A program made the position numbers and the translations under genes. From Acidobacteriota bacterium (GTDB taxonomy: Bacteria > Acidobacteriota > UBA890 > WLXD01), in contig CAXWPH010000015.1 of NCBI GenBank assembly GCA_963666055.2, positions 2,080,001 to 2,144,000 on the forward strand: a stretch of DNA of 64,000 bases, written 5' to 3'. The number at the start of each line of letters is the position of its first letter. Positions within the stretch are counted from its first letter, which is position 1. Under the pieces are notes generated by a model. The model was not told the origin of the DNA. It saw nothing but the letters and a program-made list of their open reading frames with translations, and did no database searches. Shown here one piece after another: positions 39,724 through 48,262 of the stretch.

Positions 39724-40322
39724 CACGCCTGCGTCGCTACTCGCCTATCTGGGGATCACCCGAGAGGACGTTAGGAAGGCCAGCGAGCAGATCGAACTCT
39801 GAGCATCCTCGTCACGGCCCTCCCCGGGGCTCTTTGGCGTGCGCGCCGTCGGGCTCGATGACGACACGCGCTCCCGCAATTCCGGCCAACGTGATCAGGT
39901 GCTCCAGCGTGGGCACTCGGTTACCTCTACACCACCCGTGCAGGCTGGCTGTCGACCTGATGCCGTGCGCAGCCATGTCCTTCCTGAACGCCGTGTAGCT
40001 CCTGCCATTCTTCAGCGCCATAGCCAGGTGCCGAGCGTCTTCTGCACTTTCGAGGAGCAGCGGCTCAGTCAGCTTGCCTAGTCCATCGGAGTGCTTCGTC
40101 TCGTGCATCGGTATGACGTTCCAGGGAGTAAGAAGGAACACCCACTGATTATTACACGAGTTACATTACACGCCTACCGTTAGCCCACGAGGAAGATTCG
40201 GTCGGCCGGCGTTCAGCGAGCGGGAAACAGCGCCGTGCTGCGGGATATCAGGGCGTGTCTGAGCAGGCAGATTACTGGCGATCTTGTCGGGCGGGCTGGG
40301 GGACCAGGGGTGACGTGTGTGT
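39724..40322 (+). repeat. Direct repeat module E copy 2
   Basis: See copy 1. Confidence 0.95.
39812..40108 (-). CDS. XRE-like HTH protein (copy 2)
   Basis: Paralog of 35148-35414. Confidence 0.65.
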   Translation of the reverse strand: MHETKHSDGLGKLTEPLLLESAEDARHLAMALKNGRSYTAFRKDMAAHGIRSTASLHGWCRGNRVPTLEHLITLAGIAGARVVIEPDGAHAKEPRGGP

Positions 40323-40389
40323 GGGGCGGCATGCGGCGACTACAAGGGGGACGAATTCGACGCGCCGCCGGCACAGGGACGGGCCGTCA

Positions 40390-40839
40390 TCACTTTGCCG
40401 GGTACCTCTTCCGAACGACGCTGGCAAGGCTTACGCCGATCTCAAGATCGTCCGCGTGCAAGCCGCGGATCTCGGAGTGCGAAGCTGATCCAGGCTGAGG
40501 GTCGTGCATCGTCTGGACATCCAATTGATTGCTTTCTGCAAGGTTGCGCTCCAGCGTGCCGACCCTCAACAAGGCCAAGACGGCGCTAACGCGGCGCGTT
40601 ATCCCCTGGCCGTCGAGATCCTGGCGGATGCTCTCGACTTTTGCATCGTCATCGGAGAGCGTGCTGTAGTACTCAAGCCAATTGACCGAGAGACAACCTT
40701 GGTCCTGCGAACGAGGCATGAATGCACCCGGACCGGGCTTGCCGTCTTTCTCAAGGTGGCTTCCACCGCAGTAACGAATCACATGATCCTTCGACGGTAT
40801 TCTGCCTGCCGAAGGGACAACGTTGGTGGACTCGATCAC
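40390..40839 (-). CDS. Hypothetical protein, possible ADP-ribosyltransferase-fold toxin
   Basis: GTGA overlap with upstream gene; VIRY...AF...LSVNW...SHSEI pattern; fold is inferred. Confidence 0.55.
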   Translation of the reverse strand: MIESTNVVPSAGRIPSKDHVIRYCGGSHLEKDGKPGPGAFMPRSQDQGCLSVNWLEYYSTLSDDDAKVESIRQDLDGQGITRRVSAVLALLRVGTLERNLAESNQLDVQTMHDPQPGSASHSEIRGLHADDLEIGVSLASVVRKRYPAK

Positions 40840-41636
40840 GATTGAACAACTCCCAGTCGACCTAGCCGCTCCACGAGTTCGCGCTGATCCACGGTGCCGG
40901 CGACACGAGTCTCGGGACGGGATCTACGGCGCTGGATCAGCACGAATCGGGCACGACCCTCGGCTTGGAACTCGACAACCAACTGCTGGCGTCTCCCCCG
41001 CCACTCGGCAATCCAGCCACCATGAGGACTCAAAGTAACCTCGGGCTCGCCAAACCCTGATCGCACTAGGAAGGTCAGGAGAGCACGTAGGCCCGGGGGA
41101 CTAGGCTCCACGTTATCGGCCTCTTCAGCCTGCATCTCCATTAGGCATCGAAGGCGATCTGGAAGATCCTGAGAGAGGCCAGGTGCAGTCAAGGCGTGTT
41201 TCTTCGCCCACCCGACAAGCTCCACACACGCGATATTCGCCCCGGGTATCAACGTTGCTTCAAGAGTCTCCCAGGGAGCGGTGAGCAGTCTCCGCCAGGT
41301 AACGCCCGTACTTCGCACCGCATGTAACGCCCTTCTGACAAGGGTCAGTGCGCGAAGCCATGTGACGGCAGAACGTGCTAGGACACCCGGGTCACTCGGC
41401 AGGCGCTCCGCGACGTAGACTGACTGGTCTGTCCGGATTGGCTCCCAGGGGCGTTCTTGCCGCTGCCCCGATATCTCGGGCGCCCACTCTCGCAGTCGCG
41501 TGACCGACCTCGTGTTTAAGGACACTCCGAGGCTCATGAATCGCTGTCCCGCGACCTCGTACGTAACTCGTGGGTATCCAGTGTCGAATGGGGCCACATT
41601 GATATGTGTCGAAGATGTGTCGGCGGCGGGACTCAT
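40836..41636 (-). CDS. Hypothetical protein, possible antitoxin
   Basis: Coupled on both sides; C-terminal PEVTLSPHGGWIAEW...LVVEF domain. Confidence 0.5.
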   Translation of the reverse strand: MSPAADTSSTHINVAPFDTGYPRVTYEVAGQRFMSLGVSLNTRSVTRLREWAPEISGQRQERPWEPIRTDQSVYVAERLPSDPGVLARSAVTWLRALTLVRRALHAVRSTGVTWRRLLTAPWETLEATLIPGANIACVELVGWAKKHALTAPGLSQDLPDRLRCLMEMQAEEADNVEPSPPGLRALLTFLVRSGFGEPEVTLSPHGGWIAEWRGRRQQLVVEFQAEGRARFVLIQRRRSRPETRVAGTVDQRELVERLGRLGVVQS

Positions 41637-41986
41637 GCTTCCTTCGGTGCGACTTCGTCACCGCCGGGATCGTGCTTTTGTTGTTTGGCCTGGAGGAACC
41701 GAGCGGTGTTGTCCCCCAGAGCAGCCATTATCTTCAACATAGCCTCTGGACAAATCACCAAACGCGCTACGGGCTTTACGGAGATGTGATCTGGAACGTC
41801 ATCTGGTCGCTTCGACAGGTCGGGGATGTGCGGAGAGAACGCTTGGCCGAAGACGATGTAGAACTCTCCATTCCCGTGCGAGACGATGACTTGGTTCGCG
41901 CATTGCACATCGAGGTCGCTGCCATCCTCCCAGCGAAGCTGGACCTGGATGCCCGCCGGCTCTTTGGGCGATTCTTGATCTGCCAT
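41633..41986 (-). CDS. DUF3467-like protein
   Basis: GAGG + ATG 41986; ANQVIVSH...EFYIVFGQ...VARLVICP..ML.I..AL.DN.ARF. Confidence 0.6.
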   Translation of the reverse strand: MADQESPKEPAGIQVQLRWEDGSDLDVQCANQVIVSHGNGEFYIVFGQAFSPHIPDLSKRPDDVPDHISVKPVARLVICPEAMLKIMAALGDNTARFLQAKQQKHDPGGDEVAPKEA

Positions 41987-42328
41987 CTGAGACCTCATCA
42001 AGTTAGGAGCCGGGGCGAGACGTGTCAGGCACGAGCGAATCGTGGAATTCATGCCCTGACACCAGGGTGTCAGTCTAGAGGAGAAGGACCGGCAAGAAGT
42101 CAAGCCTAGTGTCTCGGATCGGTCGATTCCAGGAGTCGAATACCGTGGGGAGGAGGGGGAGCGAATCGCCCGCACCCGGAATGGTTACTCCAGGGTGCGT
42201 ATAGGGTGCACTTCTCGTCACCACAGGCCACAGAGCCCCTTGGTATAAGGGCTTGTCGCGGGTGGCGAAATAATGTTCCACAATCACCCGTATCGACGAT
42301 TCGGCGACGAGTCGAGAGGACGTCGGAA

Positions 42329-42646
42329 TCACCTGGCAGATCCCGCAAGCCGGTAAAGGACCTCGTCTGCCTCGCGACGGGCGTCGTTGTCATCGTTTAC
42401 TCGTTCCATCCAGTCCAGCAAATCGCCCCACAGGACACGGACCTTGCCCCCGCCTGGCGGTCGACGCGCCGGGAGCGGACGGCTGGGTCGGCGTGTCCAC
42501 TTGTGTACGGTCGACGGGTCGCATTCACAAAGCTGGGCGATCCGCGCCACCGGCAGGAGCGATTGGCGCGACACGGGAGGAGGTCCGTCAAGGTCGTCGG
42601 CGAGAGATCGGAGACCGTCTGCAAGCCGCTTGAATTCCGTGCTCAA
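42329..42646 (-). CDS. Excisionase-like HTH DNA-binding protein
   Basis: LLPVARIAQLCECDPSTVHKW......LPARR..GG.VRV...DL.DW; TTG start after GAGGGG. Confidence 0.7.
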   Translation of the reverse strand: MSTEFKRLADGLRSLADDLDGPPPVSRQSLLPVARIAQLCECDPSTVHKWTRRPSRPLPARRPPGGGKVRVLWGDLLDWMERVNDDNDARREADEVLYRLAGSAR

Positions 42647-42719
42647 CAGCCACCCCTCGTTGATTGAGGCCCAGCTGATCTGGCGGGCTGCTCTCCGGAC
42701 GCACCGGCGTGCAAGGTTC

Positions 42720-43400
42720 TCACGATGCTGGGCGCAATCTGTGGTCAGGTGCGATGACTTCAACGCAACGGCAAACGTGCTTGATCCTCGACATGAGCCG
42801 CGTCCCGATGTAGCCGACGAGCTGCTCCTGGCTCAAGTTCGTTGTCATCATTACTGGGCTCGCTTGCTCGTACCGAAGACCCAACAAGTCGGTCAGCTTT
42901 TCGAATTTCCAGTCGGTCGTTCGCTGCGCCCCGACTTCATCGAGGACGAGAACATCCACGCCGAGGAGTTCGTTGAATACTTCCGTCTCCGACTCGATCA
43001 CGCTTGGCTGCATCGCGTCCTTGAGCCGTCGGAAGAGTGCCGGTGTCGAGATGAACCTTCCCGAAGCGCCCTTCTCGATGAGAGCATGTAGCGTACTTAC
43101 CAAGAGGTGCGTCTTGCCCCCGCCCGGTGGGCCGTGAAGCAACAATCCACGGTCCACACCCGAACCGTAGCTGTCGACTACTTCGAGACAGGCTGCGTGC
43201 GCTGATCTAGCGGATTCGGATACGCCCGTGTCGAAATTGTCGAACTGCATCTGCGCATACATCGGTGGGATGCCGGCAGCGTGGCAACGCCGCGCAGCGA
43301 TGGCAAGCAGACGGCATTCGCAGCGCCTGACAGGCTGGCCAGCCGATTCGAGACCCACAAAGCCGGTGTCGCCGCATTTTCGACAAGTGTCGTCGCTCAT
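42720..43400 (-). CDS. DnaC/IstB-like ATPase (helicase loader)
   Basis: CxxC..CxC Zn site; GPPGGGKTHL; LVLDEVG; MTTNL; RLMSRI. Confidence 0.9.
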   Translation of the reverse strand: MSDDTCRKCGDTGFVGLESAGQPVRRCECRLLAIAARRCHAAGIPPMYAQMQFDNFDTGVSESARSAHAACLEVVDSYGSGVDRGLLLHGPPGGGKTHLLVSTLHALIEKGASGRFISTPALFRRLKDAMQPSVIESETEVFNELLGVDVLVLDEVGAQRTTDWKFEKLTDLLGLRYEQASPVMMTTNLSQEQLVGYIGTRLMSRIKHVCRCVEVIAPDHRLRPAS

Positions 43401-44152
43401 GTGTAGTACTCGCGTGAGATGGTGAGGCCATCCGGGCCCTGAACTGGTAAAGCGGGTTCGATCTCGTCCTCCCAACGGCGCTGGTTCAGCCAGGAGGCGG
43501 GGCGCGGAACGTAGCGTCCGCTGTCTCTTTGCCATTCCCTCTGTTTGCTCTGCTGGGCGACGGCCTCGAGCAGGTCAACTATGGGGGGACGTAGCTCGGC
43601 AGTCTTGCCCCACGCCTTCTGCGCTGCGCCCCTCCCCTGCCTGCGCGGGTACGAGCTCCAGAACCGATCAAAGCCTGAACTTTGATTCCGCGCACCAAGA
43701 GAGTCTTTCTTCTTTCGTCTCGGTTCTTTCTTCTTACTTAGGGTGCCGCCGGTAGGGCCGTCGGTCGTTACCTCGGTAGTGCCGTCGGTGGTGCCGTCGG
43801 TCTGCCGTTGGTCCTCATCGACTGCCTGGAATCCCAAGAAGTTACAGACCGTTACGAGGTTACCGCGGTTTGCCCTCGGCTCGGTCGTCAGCATCCCCGC
43901 TGCGGCGAGCTTGTCGGCCGCTCGGCGGAGCTGCTTCACGGTCAATCCGGTGGTGTCGGCCATTTCGCGCCAACACGCGAAGTACTGGCCCGGCTGTAGC
44001 ACTAGAATCTGCCCGGCTACATCCCAAGGAGTCGGTTTGTACGCGGCGCGTTCAATCGAGTAGCGGAAGAAGAGGCTGGCCGCCGCATCGCCACGCAACA
44101 CCGGGTTCTGAATGATGCGGCGGTGCATCTTCACCCAGCCACCATGGCTCAA
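43397..44152 (-). CDS. Phage-type replication initiator
   Basis: GWVKMHR N-terminus, HTH, FDRFWSSYPRR and PASWLNQRRWEDE C-terminus; coupled to the DnaC-like gene. Confidence 0.85.
   Translation of the reverse strand: MSHGGWVKMHRRIIQNPVLRGDAAASLFFRYSIERAAYKPTPWDVAGQILVLQPGQYFACWREMADTTGLTVKQLRRAADKLAAAGMLTTEPRANRGNLVTVCNFLGFQAVDEDQRQTDGTTDGTTEVTTDGPTGGTLSKKKEPRRKKKDSLGARNQSSGFDRFWSSYPRRQGRGAAQKAWGKTAELRPPIVDLLEAVAQQSKQREWQRDSGRYVPRPASWLNQRRWEDEIEPALPVQGPDGLTISREYYT
43743..43802. repeat. Five tandem 12-bp repeats (candidate iterons)
   Basis: GTGCCGCCGGTA GGGCCGTCGGTC GTTACCTCGGTA GTGCCGTCGGTG GTGCCGTCGGTC. Confidence 0.65.
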
Positions 44153-44400
44153 GTCCCGCCGCGCCCGGCGTCAGACGATGAGAGAGGCTCGGCGTAGAAC
44201 ACCTCGCCGATCTCACGATCCAGCGCGCCAGCGATCCGAAAGGCCGATTCCAATCGCATCGCCGGACGGTGCCCGTTGGCGATGCGCGACAAAGCCGGCT
44301 CCGTGATCCCGGCCCGGTGGGCGAGTATGCGAAGGGGGGTGTTCCCTCGTAGTAGGTGGATTCGGTTAGAGATTCGAACGGCTGCTTCCAGATTCGTCAC
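44149..44400 (-). CDS. Cro-like XRE HTH regulator
   Basis: LAHRAGITEPALSRIANG...IAGAL; divergent from the cI-like gene. Confidence 0.85.
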   Translation of the reverse strand: MTNLEAAVRISNRIHLLRGNTPLRILAHRAGITEPALSRIANGHRPAMRLESAFRIAGALDREIGEVFYAEPLSSSDAGRGGT

Positions 44401-44423
44401 CGCGAGCGCCTTCCAAGTGTTGA

Positions 44424-44481
44424 TTTAAGAGTAACGATAAGCCATACTCTTAAAGCTATGACGGAATGATGATACTGTCAA
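44424..44481 (-). promoter_or_regulatory. Sigma70 promoter with overlapping palindromic operator candidate
   Basis: Minus strand TTGACA (44481-44476)-N17-TAGCTT; perfect inverted repeat TTTAAGAGTA-N11-TACTCTTAAA at 44424-44454. Confidence 0.75.
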
Positions 44482-44528
44482 GGCTAATGCCTCTTGTATC
44501 TGTGTGACGAAACAGGGAGGTTCCCGAA

Positions 44529-45086
44529 TTGCCAAGGGATTCGGCGGTTGGAAAGCGGATCAGAGAACTTCGAGGTAGCCGGACCGTGCGGGAACTCGCC
44601 GGAATGGCGCGGATGAGCCCTTCGGCGCTCTCTCGTATTGAGAACGGTCACGTGAAGCCTGAGTACGGAACGCTCGAGAAGATTGCTGGAGCGCTGAACC
44701 TCGAAGTCTCCGACATCATCGGCGCACAACCTGACCGGGTCGTATGGATGGAGGTGCCCGAGAACGCTCCACCCGAGTTCCAGGAGTTCCTGCGGGAAGC
44801 GCTCCGCAGCACGCCGTTACTGCCTGTCGATCGCCTGCTGCTGGAACACGAACTCCGGAGCTCCACGGCTCCGACGACCGTCGGCGAATGGCATATGAAA
44901 CTCGCCGATTTGCGTCGGACACCCCGTTACAACCTTATGCAACTGATTCTCGACAGCGACGCCTTTCCAGAGTCGATTTGGCCGATGGCGCTAATGATGG
45001 TCCAGACTTTGAGAGATGTTTCCACGGGGGCTATCGAGATCGGCAAGGGGGGAGCATTCGATAAGGCTACAGTCTTCCGCACTTGA
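44529..45086 (+). CDS. CI-like XRE repressor (no S24 peptidase domain recognised)
   Basis: GGGAGG RBS; VGKRIRELR...LSRIENG..P...LEKIA.AL. Confidence 0.85.
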   Translation: MPRDSAVGKRIRELRGSRTVRELAGMARMSPSALSRIENGHVKPEYGTLEKIAGALNLEVSDIIGAQPDRVVWMEVPENAPPEFQEFLREALRSTPLLPVDRLLLEHELRSSTAPTTVGEWHMKLADLRRTPRYNLMQLILDSDAFPESIWPMALMMVQTLRDVSTGAIEIGKGGAFDKATVFRT

Positions 45087-45108
45087 CGTAAGTAGCGATG
45101 AGGAGGGG

Positions 45109-45765
45109 ATGAAGGCGTACACGGTGGATCAACTCGATCGACTGTTGAGCGCCGTACCGGAGGTCTGTCCCGACACCGATCGCCGACTGCTGATCGAAAC
45201 GCTTGCCGCTTCAGCATGTCGGATCTCCGAGGTGCTTGGCCTACAGCATGATGACCTCGACAGGGTGGCGTGCGAGCTTACGGTCCGTCGTCAGTTGTAC
45301 CAGGGGCAGGAGACTACGCCGAAGGGGCGCCGCTCGAGGGTGGTATTGATGCCCGACCACTTAGTGGCTCGGTTGCGGCAGTTGCGCGTTGAGCAGGAGC
45401 AACGAGCCCTAGCTCAGGGTCGTGTCATGACGCCGTGGATGTTTCAGCAGCACAACGGTCGTCCGTTCCTCGGTGGGCCTCTGAGGGTTCGCTCTTGGAA
45501 GCGTATCGTCCGCCGCGCAGGGGTGCCCGACCACGGGTTCCACGGTCTGCGCCACACTCGCATTTCTTTGTGGATGGAGGCGGGCGTCAACCCCCGTCGC
45601 ATTGCCTCGATGGCAGGCCACCGGAACATGACGTACACGATGCAGAAGTACGGTCACGTAATCCCCGATGCCGACATGTTGGTGCACCCGGCCAAGGTGC
45701 CCTACAGAGGTCGAAGCACGGCGCGGAGCCGGGAAATGCAGTCGGGAGACCAACTAGCCCAGTAG
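45109..45765 (+). CDS. Tyrosine recombinase/integrase, catalytic domain only
   Basis: AGGAGG RBS; R (CRISE), K (TPKG), HGLRH, GH, Y (KYGH). Confidence 0.88.
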   Translation: MKAYTVDQLDRLLSAVPEVCPDTDRRLLIETLAASACRISEVLGLQHDDLDRVACELTVRRQLYQGQETTPKGRRSRVVLMPDHLVARLRQLRVEQEQRALAQGRVMTPWMFQQHNGRPFLGGPLRVRSWKRIVRRAGVPDHGFHGLRHTRISLWMEAGVNPRRIASMAGHRNMTYTMQKYGHVIPDADMLVHPAKVPYRGRSTARSREMQSGDQLAQ

Positions 45766-45861
45766 CTAGATGTGCCCCCGCTGCACCCTATATGCGACCA
45801 TCGGAAACGGGATGTCGATAGATGGTCCTCATAAGTCTTTTATGATCAGACTGTTAAGGGC

Positions 45862-48135
45862 CTAGAGCATGATCAAATACGTAAACTTCAAGATGATTGC
45901 CCGGTTCAGGGGCCGGAGCGGAGTGCCGGTGCCCCAGTCCTGGTTATAGACCAGGAATATGTCGGCGCCGGGTCGGTAGATCCAGTTGAGACGCGAGTTC
46001 AAAGTCAGCAGATCACTCGAGCTGTTGTATTGCACCAGCGTGTTCCAGAACAGGTCGGGCGAGAACGCCAGCTTGAAACGCTGCCGTAACACGCTGGCCT
46101 TAAAGGAGCCCCCGGGCAGGTCAACGTTGTTGTAGCTCCAGGCGGTCTCGGCCGACAGCAGTCGGCTCAAGCGCAGGGTCAGCGTGCTGTTGCCCATGAA
46201 GCGTGTGCCGCCGAAGAAACTGCCCTTCGTGTAGAAGCCGAAGAACGAGACCGGGCGGCTGCCATCGGTTCGCAGGAAGACGCCCACGTCGGTGAACTTG
46301 TAGTCGCCCGACGGGATGAAGATGCCGTCCTGGATCTCGAAGTCCTCGAACAGCCGTTCGAAGTTGTAGCTGGCAAAGACCGAGACACGGTCGCCGGCGC
46401 GGGTGTCGAAGCCGAAGAAACGAAAGGTGGAGTCGACGGTCTCGACCGTTCCATCCGACAGCGTGACAACCCCGGTGCGCTGACTGAAGGTCAAGTTGCG
46501 CACCCCGAGGTTGTTTGCAGGGCGGGGCTCGAAGTCGACGTTGTAGTCATAGCGGCGGATTCCGTCGCGCAGCAGGAATCCCATCTCCGGTCGGAAGTTG
46601 TCGCGAATCTCGGTAATGCTGGCGCGCGCCCTCAAGACGCGACCGCGGTAGTTGAAGCCAGCGCCGCCAGCCCAATCGGTGACCGCGTCGCTGCCGAGCT
46701 CCTTGTCGCGGCTGGCAGCGAAGAAGCCCGTAAGGTTCACACGGCGCGAGGGGTTGAAGTCGACATCGATGCCGGCGACGCGGTTCCACTGGTCGCCGCT
46801 AACCTGCTTGTTGGTGTAGATGGCACCGATGCTGGATCGCTCACCGATGTTGCGCTTGACTCTCGCAACGCCCCAGTTTGTCGCCCCTACATCGATGTCA
46901 CCGTCGTCGCCTAGACCGCTGACGGCGCTGGTCTGCACGTCCATCAACCCGAAGTTCCAGCCGCCGCCGCGACCCGTAAAGCGAGCTCCGACGCGAAGCG
47001 GGATGATGCCACCTTCGTCAAGGCCGATGCGCCGCGAGAAGAACATCCTCAGCAGGGGAGCTCGCATCCCCCCACCCTGTTGACGGCTCGGGCCAAAATT
47101 GAAGATGCCGGCGTTCTCGAGGAAGAACTCGCGCTTCTCGGGGAAGAACAGCGAGAACCGAGTTAGGTTTATGCGCTCGTCGTCGGCCTCTGCCTGGGCG
47201 AAGTCGGTGTTGGCTGTGAGGTCGAGCGTCATGTTGTTTGTCACGCCCCAGCGCAGCAGATCCAGACCGCCGTCGAAATCCTCGCCGGGACTGTCGGCGG
47301 GAGTCTCGAAGTCGCGTCCGCTACTGGCGACGCCGAACGGCTTGGCGCGCAGGTTGACGCCGGGCTGGAGGCCTCCCATTCCCGTCAGGTCTCCGGCCAG
47401 TGACATCCGCGGCAGGTTGGCGTCGCGCCCGACTGGCGCCCAGAGCGCCTCTTCGTTGTTGCGCCGGATGAGGCGACGGATGTTCAATCCCCAGGTGTCG
47501 TTGTCGGGGTCGAAGCGCAAGGTGGAAAACGGGATCGAGAGCTCGGCGCTCCATCCGTCCGGCGTGCGCCTCGCCGCAACGGTCCAAACGCCATCCCACT
47601 CGAAGTCCGGGTTGCGCTCGTTCTCGATGAGCGCGTCGGCGCGGGCGCCGTTCGGGTTGGTCTCGAAGTAGAACGCATTGCGTCGGTCGAGGAAGGTGTC
47701 GAGAACTATGATGATGGAGTCGTCGTTGCCGTAGGCGCCCTGGACGCCACGAAACCCACCGAACGAGCCTGAGCCGTCGCGCTGCATCTCCTTGGCGACG
47801 ATTGAACCCGGTGCGCTGTCGAAGGCCATCACCCCCACGTAGAGTCGGTCGCCGTCGCGTGCGACGCGCACCTCGGTACGTTCGGTCGCCGGCGCCCCCG
47901 TATCCGGATTGCGCTGCTCAAAGCCGGTGGCCACGGCGGCGCGTTGCCAGAACGGCTCATCGAGGTGACCGTCGAGTGCGACGCGCTCGTCGATGACTAG
48001 CGCTTCGAGCGAGCGGGAGCGCGACTGCGCGGCGGCCGGTGCGCTGGCAAGCGTCAACAGGGCGACCACCACGACGAGGCGGACCCATGGGCTCAGCGTC
48101 AGGGGCGCGCGCTGCGCGCAGGCGGCGATGTTCAT
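45862..48135 (-). CDS. DUF5916 / CBM9-like domain protein
   Basis: LDGHLDE..W, GWSAEL.IPF..LRF, DFAQAEAD...NLTRF.LFFPEKR.FFLE. Confidence 0.85.
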   Translation of the reverse strand: MNIAACAQRAPLTLSPWVRLVVVVALLTLASAPAAAQSRSRSLEALVIDERVALDGHLDEPFWQRAAVATGFEQRNPDTGAPATERTEVRVARDGDRLYVGVMAFDSAPGSIVAKEMQRDGSGSFGGFRGVQGAYGNDDSIIIVLDTFLDRRNAFYFETNPNGARADALIENERNPDFEWDGVWTVAARRTPDGWSAELSIPFSTLRFDPDNDTWGLNIRRLIRRNNEEALWAPVGRDANLPRMSLAGDLTGMGGLQPGVNLRAKPFGVASSGRDFETPADSPGEDFDGGLDLLRWGVTNNMTLDLTANTDFAQAEADDERINLTRFSLFFPEKREFFLENAGIFNFGPSRQQGGGMRAPLLRMFFSRRIGLDEGGIIPLRVGARFTGRGGGWNFGLMDVQTSAVSGLGDDGDIDVGATNWGVARVKRNIGERSSIGAIYTNKQVSGDQWNRVAGIDVDFNPSRRVNLTGFFAASRDKELGSDAVTDWAGGAGFNYRGRVLRARASITEIRDNFRPEMGFLLRDGIRRYDYNVDFEPRPANNLGVRNLTFSQRTGVVTLSDGTVETVDSTFRFFGFDTRAGDRVSVFASYNFERLFEDFEIQDGIFIPSGDYKFTDVGVFLRTDGSRPVSFFGFYTKGSFFGGTRFMGNSTLTLRLSRLLSAETAWSYNNVDLPGGSFKASVLRQRFKLAFSPDLFWNTLVQYNSSSDLLTLNSRLNWIYRPGADIFLVYNQDWGTGTPLRPLNRAIILKFTYLIML

Positions 48136-48262
48136 CGTCAGGCGGGGGAGGAGGCCAGGACCCTGAGCAGCGACCTTGTATCTCAGGGAAGTTCAGGCGC
48201 GGCGCAGCCTACCATGGTGCGGTCGGGCGGGCGGGACATCCTTACATATCCTTACAATCGGG

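Larger units (their letters stand above)
27900..45860. mobile_element. Accessory genomic island (repeat mosaic plus satellite-like element); boundaries approximate
   Basis: Tyrosine recombinase, phage-type replication and regulatory genes, many fragments and direct repeats between conserved flanking genes; no att duplication identified. Confidence 0.7.

Noticed and set aside
29880-40322. CRISPR array or integron attC array
   Set aside because: Repeats are long, irregularly spaced and mostly protein-coding; no GTTRRRY-bounded palindromes, cas genes or IntI-type integrase
42720-43400. IS21 element (IstB)
   Set aside because: No IstA transposase; gene is coupled to a phage-type initiator and has an N-terminal Zn site
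45766-45861. tRNA or att site after the integrase
   Set aside because: No cloverleaf, and no matching direct repeat found at the left end by eye
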